This document shows positions 12,290 through 24,100 of a stretch of DNA of 64,000 nucleotides, piece after piece. Every line of letters starts with the position of its first letter. The first letter of the stretch is position 1. The position numbers and the translations under genes are program-made. Origin of the DNA: Balanoglossus misakiensis (taxonomy: Eukaryota > Animalia > Hemichordata); assembly GCA_040954595.2 (NCBI GenBank), contig CM082587.2, forward strand, positions 8,189,403 through 8,253,402, in the 5' to 3' direction. Under the pieces are notes generated by a model. It did not search any database. It was not told where the DNA came from and was given only the letters and a program-made list of their open reading frames with translations.

Positions 12290-13762
12290 TTCCTGTCTGA
12301 TCCTTCAGAATAGGATATTACGCCCTCTCAGGCCGAAAACCCTATTTATTACATGCCTTGTAAGTGAGTGCAAAATCAATGCATTGATTCACGCGGAAAA
12401 TTTGGGTTTGTTACAAGGAACTTGAACTTAATGCCTGAAAGGGTTGATATAAATGATGTTGTGCAAGACATAGACAGTAGAACTAATGAGATGGTTTATC
12501 TAAATTTAGATATTTCTCTAGACTTGTGCGAGTCTGTAATTTGTGTTTTTTTTTCATATGAAACGTTTTATTGGTGTTGAACGCAATGAGTGGGGTGAAT
12601 GTCTCACAGGAGCGTTTAATGTGAACTCACATACTACTAACTTAGGCCCAAGTGTATAATATTTGATCGCTGTGAAAAGTTTCCTTGGGCAGAGGTGCCA
12701 AACTTGAAACTTAAGATGCAAATCTGTTGCAAATTACAAGTCTAATCATATCTTGCTTTTCTGGCAGCTACTGTTAATCATTTAACAACTACATACTATG
12801 TAGATAGCTTAGCATGATCTATTTGATCAAAATGATTGGCCGATTTTGATTTGATCATCTAGGAGTTCATACCAAGATTTGCCAACAGAAAAGAATAAAC
12901 AATGTAAATATCATGACCGGGATTTACACTATTCAGATAATGTAAACTCAACATTAAATTTTATTACGTTTTGTTTGTTTGTTGACAATATTCATTATAA
13001 TATAATTCAGAAAAGTGAGATAACATCTCAAGTCCAACATTTTTTTTTCTAACCCTGTAAACTAGCAACATATTTATTATGTACTTTTTTATCCATGACA
13101 AATAAAAGGATAGAAAATTTCCTTTTTCATCGATTATTTTGTTTCTTGGTTATTTTGGAGTAGTGCTACATGTCTTTCCCAAAGGGTGCTCACAGGGACA
13201 AATATAGCTTTATATATTTTGTGCAACTCACAATCACATAGCTCGATTGGCCAGGCAATATGTGTTTCATAACATACCTAACATGTCCTAGTAGTCACAT
13301 GACCAGGTAAAGTGACTATTTCTCTTTAGGGAAATAGCCATTCTATTTTTCCTATCACATCATAAACTTGTTTTGTAGAAGACTCACCTTGCTTTGCAGA
13401 CTTGTGTGATCCCTAGCTGATCAAAAGACACTTCTTCAATACATCAGTGAGGGGTCATTACCCACGTAATTAGCATATCTACACCCCCCACCCCCACGAT
13501 ACAGCCACTATTCAAATCCCTGATGCATGACGAAATGCCCAGAATTTATTTATGAACACAACATATACATGATGTATAGCCAGCATTGTTATTTGAAAAC
13601 CAGACAACAATAAGAATGACTGTTACACACAAATAGGTCATGTTGACATGTGGAGTACTGGGTGTATTACAACGCTGTTAAGAGTAGAAAAGGAATTGCA
13701 TTCAGTACACAGAACCAAAATATTGAAAATAAGACCAATAGTTACAGTGAATATCCCTTTAA

Positions 13763-14101
13763 AGCCTCAATAGCTGGCACTTTTAGCATACCAGTTTAAT
13801 CAATGAAATACTTCAATCTTCTCCTTGTCTATAGTTAACAAATGACATCATTTTTAATTTTTTGATATTCTAACACTCACATGCGAATATCAAGATAGCT
13901 TTAACTCTTGCAATGGGTGACTGAATAAATGGGTGTGGCACCTTTTTCTTATTTGACCAGTTCATTTTTACATGTATAGCCACAATCAGAGGTTAATGAT
14001 ATGTTTGTGTATATCTAAAATTAAGCTAATTTAAATGGACCACTCTAATGTTGAAAGTAAAATCATGTAAATAATGCAAAAAAATGGCAGCTATTGGGGC
14101 T
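13763..14101. mobile_element. Kolobok-like MITE (TTAA-flanked); second copy at 27674-27914
   Basis: TTAA-AGCCTCAATAGCTGGCA ... TGGCAGCTATTGGGGCT-TCAA. Internal 'tcttgcaatggg..atgggtgtggcacc..agccacaa' is shared with the 27674-27914 copy. Confidence 0.7.
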
Positions 14102-15011
14102 TCAAGGAACTGTGTACAACCTTTCTATGTTGCCTACATTGTACATTCATTGTGTCAAGAAATAACCTTTCACTTCACATGTGACCTGGGCATGCGCAAA
14201 TATACCCGTAGGAGCAAAAGTACATTCACTGGGTGTAGTGTGACTTTGGAGTTGTCCCACGCTTAATTCCTCATCCACACACGTGGGTAGCTACTTCAAG
14301 AACGACAGCTGTATTCACACTGTCTACAGTGTAGGGATATTGCCACAAAGTTGTAAGTAGGCCTTCATATTCACTTAATCATAAATGACAGCAAACATGC
14401 GAGAAAACAATTGTTAAACTGTGCAGAAACAACCTCGTGGTTATACATGACTAGTATATTAATAACAGATACCTGGCTTATCAAAAGACTAACAGCTAGA
14501 CTTCAGCTTGGCTATATGCATACAAAGAGCTGTGTCTTATATCAGTGTTCTTCAGCTGGGCTAGATATTTTTGGGCAAGAACATTTGTCGTCCATGCACT
14601 CAATGAGTGAACTTTTGGGGGCCATGACCATGTTGGTAGTCAATGCGAACAAAGGTCTTCTTCATTCGACAATTGATAAGTAAATCACAAGGTCATGTTC
14701 AATGAGGCAAGACGCAAGAAATGTCACGAATGACCTCATTAGGTGACTCACAATTGTGACCTGTTTTCTCTCAAATCCCAGAGAGGTGTGTTACATTAGA
14801 CCAGTGGACTAAATTAGAAGAAGAATTTGTCAGATAATTAACTGCCCTGTCGAGTCATAGAATAAATTAAATGTTGTAATTATTTATAGTCAATGGATGC
14901 ATATGGATTACATTCATGCATGTCGACAAATTGACGTTTCGCGCAACATTTCCACAATTGCATCAAGCGTTTTATCTTCTCTTATTTAAACAGAAACAGA
15001 GGAACATCAAT

Positions 15012-16709
15012 ATGGCACAGAGCAAATTGACAAGAAGTTACTTCCATCAACCTTGGGATACACCTCTTCAAGGGAAAACAGTTGCTGATCTGCTCGACGA
15101 TGCTGCAGAACTGTTCCCTGACAGAGAAGCCTTGGTCTTTTTAGAAGACGGGACCAGGAAGACATTCGCTGAACTTCACAGAGATGTCAACGTGCTTGCT
15201 GCTGGAATACTGAAGTTTGGGCTGAAACCAAGAGATAACGTCGCTATCTGGGCCCAAGATCACGAAAATTATCAATGGTTGGTTACTGATCTTGCCATAA
15301 TTACAGCTGGGTGTGTATCTGTGCGGATTCCAGCATTCACACCTACAGCGCATGTGCGTCACTTGTTGAAGAAGGTGGAATGTCAAGCCCTTGTCATTGG
15401 ATTAACTCACAGTGATCCTCTACAAGCTTTGGTCGATGTTATCCCGAACCTCAAAACTGAAATACGGGAAGGAAATACTCTGGAAGAGTTTCCTACTTTA
15501 CGGCACGTCATCTCAATGACACCGTTGGAACATTCATCCATTACGCATCTCTGTGATATAAGGAAACTTGGAGATAACGATGCAGCAAAAGAACTCCTGC
15601 AAAACGCAAAGACTGCTACAGATCTCGACTCCATTGCGATGGTTGTATTCACGTCTGGAAGTACAGGATTTCCGAAAGCAGTTGGCATACCACATAACCG
15701 TCTTCAAGGAATGGCAATGATTATGGACTATATCTTTGGTTACAAAGCTGCAGACAGAAACTCGGAGAGATTGGTAATTCCACACACTGAAAAGTTCTGC
15801 TCTGGCCCACACACCTTTATTGAAGGGGTAATGTTGACCCTTGGTGCAACAATCGTCTTTCGAGATGCCGTCAGTGTGGCAGGCCTGTTGCGTGCCATCG
15901 AAGCTGAAAAGGGTAATACACTTTTGCTGTTCCCTTATGACTTGACATGTATTCGTGATTACTCTGATATTGAGAAATTTAATATCAGAAGCTTAAAGTA
16001 TGTGATGTCCACAGGTAGCTGTGTTGCTGCGTCTATCATGAAAATGGCATCTGAGAAATTCTCCTGTGATATTCAACACTTTTACTCTAGCACCGAGTGT
16101 GGGGCAATTGCCCTCCCCAAATCCTCTGTACCCCTGGAAGTGTTGACGTCGACCTCGTGTGCACCGTATGGCGAACTCAAGATAACTGACTTGACAACTG
16201 GTCATATAACGCCGATCAACACCTCTGGTGAAATATGCTTTCGAAGCCCGTTTCATTTCAAAAGATATTTGGGTGACGAAGATATAACAAAGAGAGTGAA
16301 AACTGAAGATGGATGGTTTCTTACGGGTGATGTAGGGCAGCTGAATGAAAGTGGTATGTTGACGGTTCTAGGTCGAAAAGATGACATGATTCTCAAAGGA
16401 GGTGAGAACATATACCCAGCTGAATTGGAGCAGATATTTTATCAGCACCCAAAGATCAAACAAGTTCAAGTGGTTGGTGTCCCAGATGAACACTTTCTTG
16501 AAGAGCTTTGCGTGTGTGTTGTTCTTCACAAACATCAATCGGCTACAGAAAGTGAATTTTTGACCTACTTTAAAGCACGGCATTATGATTTTTATCGGCA
16601 CCCTAAATATGTGCTGTTTTTCGAGAAATTTCCGCTGACCAGAACAGGGAAAATTAAGCGCATGGAAGTAGCGATACAAGCAGCAAGCATTCTTAACCTG
16701 AATGCATAG
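15012..16709 (+). CDS. Acyl-CoA synthetase (AMP-forming ANL superfamily), ACSF2-like, 565 aa, CDS in a single exon
   Basis: Uninterrupted ORF with FTSGSTGFPK (P-loop), YSSTE, GWFLTGDVG, GRKDDMILKGGENIYPAELE and PLTRTGKIKR. The N-terminal 'SYFH..TPLQGKTVADLLD..AE.FPDREALVF' is typical of ACSF2. An acceptor-like ttaaacag ends at 14993, just before ATG 15012. Confidence 0.93.
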   Translation: MAQSKLTRSYFHQPWDTPLQGKTVADLLDDAAELFPDREALVFLEDGTRKTFAELHRDVNVLAAGILKFGLKPRDNVAIWAQDHENYQWLVTDLAIITAGCVSVRIPAFTPTAHVRHLLKKVECQALVIGLTHSDPLQALVDVIPNLKTEIREGNTLEEFPTLRHVISMTPLEHSSITHLCDIRKLGDNDAAKELLQNAKTATDLDSIAMVVFTSGSTGFPKAVGIPHNRLQGMAMIMDYIFGYKAADRNSERLVIPHTEKFCSGPHTFIEGVMLTLGATIVFRDAVSVAGLLRAIEAEKGNTLLLFPYDLTCIRDYSDIEKFNIRSLKYVMSTGSCVAASIMKMASEKFSCDIQHFYSSTECGAIALPKSSVPLEVLTSTSCAPYGELKITDLTTGHITPINTSGEICFRSPFHFKRYLGDEDITKRVKTEDGWFLTGDVGQLNESGMLTVLGRKDDMILKGGENIYPAELEQIFYQHPKIKQVQVVGVPDEHFLEELCVCVVLHKHQSATESEFLTYFKARHYDFYRHPKYVLFFEKFPLTRTGKIKRMEVAIQAASILNLNA

Positions 16710-16778
16710 AAAGTAATTGATCACATGCCCGATCCTTTAAGCATCACGTTTGATAATGGTTAAAGGCACAGTCACCCA

Positions 16779-17331
16779 ATGAGCGTGAAGTTGGCCTCAT
16801 CCTCATCCTCATCCTCAGTTTCGTGACCCTAGCCTCAGCTTCGTGACCCCAGGAAGATAAACGTCAAAATTATCCAAACGATCGGCAAATAGAACAAATA
16901 GAGTCAAAATAAGAAATCCAGTCAATTATTTAGACTTTCCCATGTAAATACTTCACCCATATCGCTTTCGCTTCATTTAGATCATGTCAGATATCCGAAA
17001 TTCACGATAATTTTGATGTTTTTAGTGAAATTTGCAAATGAACTTTGACCTGCAATGGCGTCTGGGTAACCGAGACTATTTTCTCTCGGGAGTTTTTATT
17101 CGCTTCTATAAAGCATTTAAAAAACCAGAAGTCCTATCCGTATTTGTATTTATCCAAGTCAATGAAATAAATGATATTATTTAAATACTATCTTCAAGTT
17201 TAACGAATCGCCAATGACGGATTGTTTATTTTCCTGGGGTCACGAAGCTGAGGCTGGGGTCACGAAGGGTCACGAAGCTGAGGCTGGGGTCACGAAGCTG
17301 AGGATGAGGATGAGGCCAACTTCACGCTCGT
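16779..17331. mobile_element. Mutator-like MITE with long, internally repetitive TIRs and 9-bp TSD
   Basis: GAGCGTGAAGTTGGCCTCATCCTCATCC..(CTTCGTGACCC)n ... (GGGTCACGAAG)n..GGATGAGGCCAACTTCACGCTC, flanked by AGTCACCCA (16770-16778) and AGTCACCTA (17332-17340). Confidence 0.85.
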
Positions 17332-17811
17332 AGTCACCTATGCAAATTTAACATTGAAGTTACAATTGAAAATTCAAACTTGGCCAATCAGAGAATTTCA
17401 GTGGGTGGCACACATAAAAAAAGTGTCCCACCACATGTACATTCAAACACTTTGATGCGTCCTTTTGACTGTACATAGACATATATAAGTTAGAGGTGAC
17501 CGTATACATTTATTTTGTCGCTGTAAATAGATACACTGGCAGACAGAAAGACAGAGACATTCAGACAAACAGCTAGACAGACTGACACACACTAACACAT
17601 GATATAACATGCCTTTTTCAGCTGGCATGTTATTTTGATAATTTAGCTCAATGTTTATACTTGCTAATTTAAGATGCCAGTAATTTAAATTTCTGTATGT
17701 ATACTATGATGAAGGTTTCTTTACAGATAATTAAACAAAAACAGCTGATTGCCCTGAAAATCCAATTTTGCTAAAAACATGCAGCAAATTCAAATTGTTT
17801 CACAAAAAATA

Positions 17812-18023
17812 TACTGTACAACACTTAATTTTCGCGAGCAATTAATTTTCGCCAAATACGCGAGAGCCAAAATAGCGTGAAAATAAAAAGTCGCGTAAAT
17901 TGTTTTTGAAGATAACGTTGCAGTGAATGAAATAAGAGAAAACGAAAATTAATACTCGCGAAACAGTGGCCTCTCTCGATATCGCGAAAAATATAACTCG
18001 CGAAAATAAAGTGTTTTACAGTA
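17812..18023. mobile_element. TA-flanked Tc1/mariner-type MITE. Near-identical copy at 47848-48050; relatives at 34357-34517 and 56728-56931
   Basis: TA-CTGTACAACACTTAATTTTCGCGAG ... CTCGCGAAAATAAAGTGTTTTACAG-TA. Confidence 0.85.
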
Positions 18024-21000
18024 TACATACATGCATACGCATGCACTCACACACGCAAAGGTCGTGAAGATGACAATTCATTGTTTTTTTATTATTTGTA
18101 ACCATACATCAACAGTATGAACAAACACAGCCCAGGAAAAAAAACAAAAAAACAATTGATTTGAAGACGTGTCAAATAGTAAAAATAGAAAGATGTCAGA
18201 GTGTACATCAAAGTGTGATTAGTTGCTGAAACTCCATGGTGAAGTCTATGATACACAATTTAAAGCATGATCTCTGACAATGGACACATTTCTGCAATAC
18301 CACGAATCAAGGCATATAGGGATGTGTGATTGCCATCTTTAACCCTTTTCAACCCCTGTTCCGTCTATAGAGGTCCAAGTTTACCATGGATAACAATGGA
18401 TTTGGACCAAACCATGTTGGTGAAAGGGAGAGGTTCATTTTTTTTTGTACTGGAGATCTTGGATGGCAGCTTTTGCAATTGACAACCAAACATTGAATAT
18501 AAAGTTTACATGATACATGTTAAACTAGTGTACCATTCCACTTCTTTGGATGCAAAATATATTATCCTTAATTTAATAAACACTGATCATGTTGTTATTA
18601 GGCTTTTTATTGACAACGAAAAATATTAACCAAATTCAGGAGGAACTGGATGACAGGAACTCTATGAAAAAAATTCTTTACAACTTGGTGTAATACTGAA
18701 TTTTGTGAAAAAAAAGCATATTAATCTATTATTCGAAAAGTTATTTGGTTTGAAATAAACTTGGTTATTTCTGAATTTAATGTGACTCTTGGTTTTGTCT
18801 TGTTAGTCATGGCATTGTTTGTGATGCATACTTCAATTTGACAGTTTTAGTTATGAATTTGGTAATGATACTTGGTTAGTGGTTGATTTCGGTTGCAATA
18901 ACAAGACTTGCCCATGGAGTTTGACATCTCTGACACAGAACAGTAAAGACTTTTACAACTGAAATTCTCTACCCTCACTCATCTATTTACATCTGAATAA
19001 ATAATTTATAACTCTGGTGTTAAATTTCACTCTGGCTGCAAATTTAATCAAAAATCTTATCAACACAGATAATTCTCCGCTAATGGTTACCGCTGGTAAC
19101 TACTATACACCAGTACGCGAATCTCTTCTACTTGGGAGAACGCTACAAAATGCGAGTTGCTAACATCGCTCCAATATAGATGAACCCAAAAATTCGACAT
19201 TCTCTTTAAATTCATTTTAATAAATACACATTTCATAAATGAGTGGTTTTGTAAGAAATGACAAAGACTATCAAAGACATCTGCTGAAATACTCTCCTTC
19301 ATTGCAAGTCTCAAGTTCCTATTCTAAAAAATACACTGATAAGTATTATGGGATAATCATGACCTGTGACCTTTGCACTGAAAGCACAGGCTACGATCTG
19401 AGAGCGAATCTTGTGAAATTACACTATGGCCAGCACAATGTAGGGCAGATTGAACTTACATAAAATAGCACAACTTGACCAATATTTGGTCAAAATAAAA
19501 TGGCAGCAATTACGACAACAGAAAATCAAAAAAATATGTTGCAGATTCCCTGATCTGTAAAGTTTAGACTTGAGGAAAAACGTTTAAGTACAGATGTTTG
19601 GCATTAGTATACGACATGATTTCTTGAAATTAATCTGTACCCGATTACTACAGCTTTGCCTAAATATCCATCATTTGATTTTTTTTATTGTAAATGTATG
19701 CTACATACTGGCATTATGCAAGTGCTAAACAGCATGTCTTGGTGTATTATGCACTCGATGTACAAAAGGAACATTTGTAAATGTCGTAAAACTACAAGCA
19801 ACATAGCATGGGAATAAGTAAGTTCTTTTACAATATCTCTGAAATGTCATTTGATCATGAATTCACAAAGGTGATGGTGAAAACAAATTTGCAAAGGTGA
19901 TGGTGAAAGAAATTCTCCTTCAAGATTAAATGTGATAAGAAAATATTTCAAGCTGCGTAAGTGACTGACACCTTTAACCCTTTCACCCCCAGTTCCCTCT
20001 TTAGAGGTCCATCCTACCATAGAAAACAATGGCTTTGGACTGAACCATGGTGGTGAAAGGGTCAATACAATTTTTTTGTTGGCTTATTTTGAATGACATC
20101 TTCTAGATTGCAGAGTTTATTTTAAAAAAGAGGGAATCGTAATTTCACAGTATTTCAAGAATGCATACTTGCATTAATCTGCAAATTCACAGCAAAGTAA
20201 GCACACAGATATTCATCCACATACAGTCGATCTTTTATAGCGTCCTATAAAATACAGATTTTTTTACCAACTATAGAAATTTGATGATTCATAATTCTTC
20301 ATTGGTCATATTATTCACGATTTTTTAGAACGTTGGTTTGCGTACCCAGCAAACCTAGTATTCAAAATATTCCGCCGGCTTTTTTGCAGGATGGACACAG
20401 CGTAAAATTCACTGTACGATATTGGGATGTACGGAAATGTTCATGATAACAAAATAGAGGGCACCATGACATCCACAGATAGAAACCCACGATGAATCAT
20501 GTAAACTCTTTTTACGTGAAAAGGATTGAGCTGAAGAATCACATTTAATAAGTATTCACATCTATCAGTTATTATGACAGAAACTCTTGGAGTGAAAATT
20601 ATGGAATTTGTGAAAAATCAAGGAGGCAGCAATTTTGTTCACATTGGAAGTAATCAGGCCATTTATGATTTCCTTACTTAAAAACATTTATTAAATGTTT
20701 AGTTAATTTATATTATTTCTATTTCGTACATATGGGTGACTCTGAAAGGGAAAAATTATTATTTTCAAATAAATGATGCTTGAAAAGAGTTGTAAACGGT
20801 TAAGCTTTAACCTTTGACCCCAACCCAAGCAATATAATCATTGTTGTAATTTTTTGTAGAATTTTGCCAGCATAGTAGCTCCATGATAAAACTGCAAGTT
20901 AGTAAGAAATTTTAATTGCACAAAAGACATTTTACATGAAGATTTTTTTTCTGATCGATGAAGGGGAATGTTGTTTTTTTCAAAGCTTTATAGACTTATA

Positions 21001-21122
21001 GAAGCGTAATGTAAAGTTGGCAAGTTCTAGACTATTGCACACAAAATGGCCATAGTGCATAGGTAGTCACCGTGTCTTCTAAACAGTGTCACAATAATTC
21101 AGACACTTGTTGCAGCCAAATT

Positions 21123-24100
21123 TCAGACAATCACTGTCAGACGGTTGTCGGGATTGGTTTCACCAGTCCTAATGCACTTGCTGCTTCCAATATCTGCCAA
21201 AGACAGAATGAGATTACAGCTATCAGCACATCCGATGATATTTTCAATAGACTGTTGAGAATACTGTGTGTCTACAGAGTTAGTTATCAGTATAAGAGAT
21301 GTAGAAATGCACAACGATTTTTCACTCATCAAAGCATTCTTTTAGTAATGAGAAGCTGTATTTTGATTGCAATTAACATATGTATTAAAATACAAACATT
21401 ATATATTAAAATAGTTCGAAAGAAGGTTTGACGGTCGGTAATATTTTTCAACAAGACATGTTTACCATTATAAGTTTCAGCATAAGACAGAAGAATTTGT
21501 TTCAACATGCGAAATTTGGCCAAAATCCCCATGTAAACTACAGTGCCATTTTAATTCATGATAGTCTGCGCATGCATGCATTACAATGTTGATTTTCTCC
21601 ATTAACTTGTATATACCTGTTTCATACAATCTTCACAATCCTTTTTCGACCTTGACAACAGATCTGCCTGCCCTTTCAAAACACGGATATTCCAGGCAAA
21701 ACTCTCTTGTGCCTTCATGGATATAAAAGAATATTTTACAAGTGAAATCAGAAAAATGGTTTGTACGGGTAAATTCTCCCAACCTTCAATAGGTTTTTGG
21801 CTACCTAGCTAAGTGAGGAAACCCTCATACGGTCAAAAGAATTTCAAGATGGCCGATTTTTGCCATTGTTATTGTGTGCAATATTTGAATTCAATTCCGG
21901 ACAAGAATTCATTTGTCAACAACAACAATGGCCATTATACACATACAGGATATGTCGACAAGCAGAGTCGAGTACTGGCAAAATAGTATTAGCATGCTGT
22001 CTGGAGTAGAACAAGAAATTGCATTTGGAACAGAGAACAAAAATACTAAAAATAAAACCAAAAGTGGATTATATTAAGAATCATATAAAAGAGATAATTA
22101 TGAGACAGATGATGTCTGTGGCTTTTTTTACTAAATCCTTTTCAGCAGACAGGAAGTGACTAAATGATGGTCTTAATTATTATCTTTACACTGACATTCT
22201 GTTTCTGTCCTGGCAACCATTCGATTTGTAAATATTCAGAAGCTTGTAATATTACCTTGGTGATTTTTCTGCCTTTCAGACCTTCTTTTGCCGACAACGT
22301 GTGAAGTTCTTCCTACAATATAAAGGGTCAAAGGGCAATGATCAGTTTAACTTTTTAATGACTATTCTCAGTGTGTTTGTCTGCAACAAGTATCACTTCT
22401 GTTCCAGTAAACAGATCGGACTGTTTCTGAAATGTTCTTGATACAGGAAATGTACCTTGAATTGAAAATATGATACAAAACAGGATGTTTGCCACTGAAA
22501 CGACCGTAGTAACGCGTTTTGAAATTCTCATGATAGTGATAGTATGGATGATCCCATCTGTTGGATAATAGGGGTGATAGGGTCCAAATACTTACATGCC
22601 ACTCAAGTCCATTAATTTTACACTGTTCAAGTCGACTGACAACATCGTCTGCTTTTTCTATCAAAACTTTACTCTCTGCAACCATCTGTGGAGAATATAA
22701 ATGACATTCATGGCTATGTGTTTACGATTTGACTTCCTAATACCCACAGTGCTGGCTGAGTTTTATTATAGTGGAAAACTCGTGTATTGCCTTGCACTCT
22801 GGACTGAAAGATTCAGTCGTGTGAGGGCACTCCGACATAGGCACACCAGAGTGCCTACACACGACTGAACCTTTCAGTCTACCTTGCACTTGTAAACACA
22901 ACCTTAAATATACGACAATAACAGTAGGGAACTTATCAGACATCTGTACACATGAAGAGGCAAATTTCAATTCTTTTTGATGTTGAATATTCACGTGGTT
23001 TCATCCTCTGCTTATCTTTGTGTTACTTGATTTTTAGATATTAATGGCTGGTGAAGGATTAAAATGTACTGACACTGTGGCAGAAACCATTCACTGACCT
23101 GTTCGTAGGCTGCCAGTGCTTTCTTCAACATGTCAGGAATACTGCCCTCTGCTTGCAGCTCTGGAAACTAGAGTTGAGAGTTAAAAGGTTAAAGGGCACA
23201 GCCAAAAGTGTTATTGTATTGTTGAGACTGCATTTCTCTTTAATTCTCAGTGCCCAGGATATGAACCTTTCAATTTTTGAAAATCCTGTAGCCGAAGCAC
23301 CTGTCTTGATCAGTTTGAAATATAATCATCCCAATCAGTTTTTATGTAAATAATTGTTTCTTTTTCTACCAGCCATGCCAGGGTTTTTATTCACCCCGTG
23401 GGCCATCATCAGGATACAATTTTAGTCATAATTTTTATACATTAACATCATCATTATCATGAATATAATATACAAACATAATAAATTGAAGGAAATAGCT
23501 TATAGGACAGAAAAGCATAAGAAGAGCTTTGTACAGTATTTTGGAGTTTGTGAAAACCTCTTACTTTGTCTTTCATTTCCAACATCAACACGAGATTTTC
23601 TGTTGAATGAGTCTGTAACCTTGTTGCCAGAACTCGGACACACTGCTTGATATTTGCAATTGATGCCAGACCGCAGCATTCTTTGAATCGGATCAAGGTG
23701 TTCTGCACATTCTCCCGTAAGTCGGTGGCTTCCTTCAAGGGTTGAATAGCTGCCTGTGAAAAGAAACAGAGTCTTAGCTGCAAAACTCTTCCTACAGATG
23801 CAGTGGTTTAAGACCAAGTGTATTCAGGTTTGTTATGACCTGGGTCACTGCAATTGGACTAAAATTTACACATCAACCAGCCAGTACCGGTCTCTTGATG
23901 TGACAAGACAACAACTCACACATTGCCAAGAGCCACTTACTACATGTTGCATCGCTATTTTAGTACAGTCGAGTTGCAGTGACCCAGGTCACACTGACAG
24001 ATCAGCCAATCAGCGGATGATGGAAATGCTGTCAGCGGCCATTTTGTTTTACTAATCGTTCTATGGTATTTCCCCAAAATCAATTCAAAGCCATTTGTGA

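Noticed and set aside
14916-15011. N-terminal extension of the 597-aa ORF
   Set aside because: It contains a polypyrimidine tract and acceptor (ttaaacag, 14993). Family similarity starts near ATG 15012.
15012-16709. Firefly-luciferase-like enzyme idea
   Set aside because: Same superfamily, but the motifs (GGENIYP, N-terminal SY.H..PL..T) fit the ACSF2 group and there is no PTS1. Nothing in the sequence supports luminescence.
22160-22255. In-frame read-through past exon 22256-22312 giving an alternative C-terminus
   Set aside because: A GT donor is present and the conserved ESFAWNI exon follows at 21617-21712. The read-through peptide has no family similarity.
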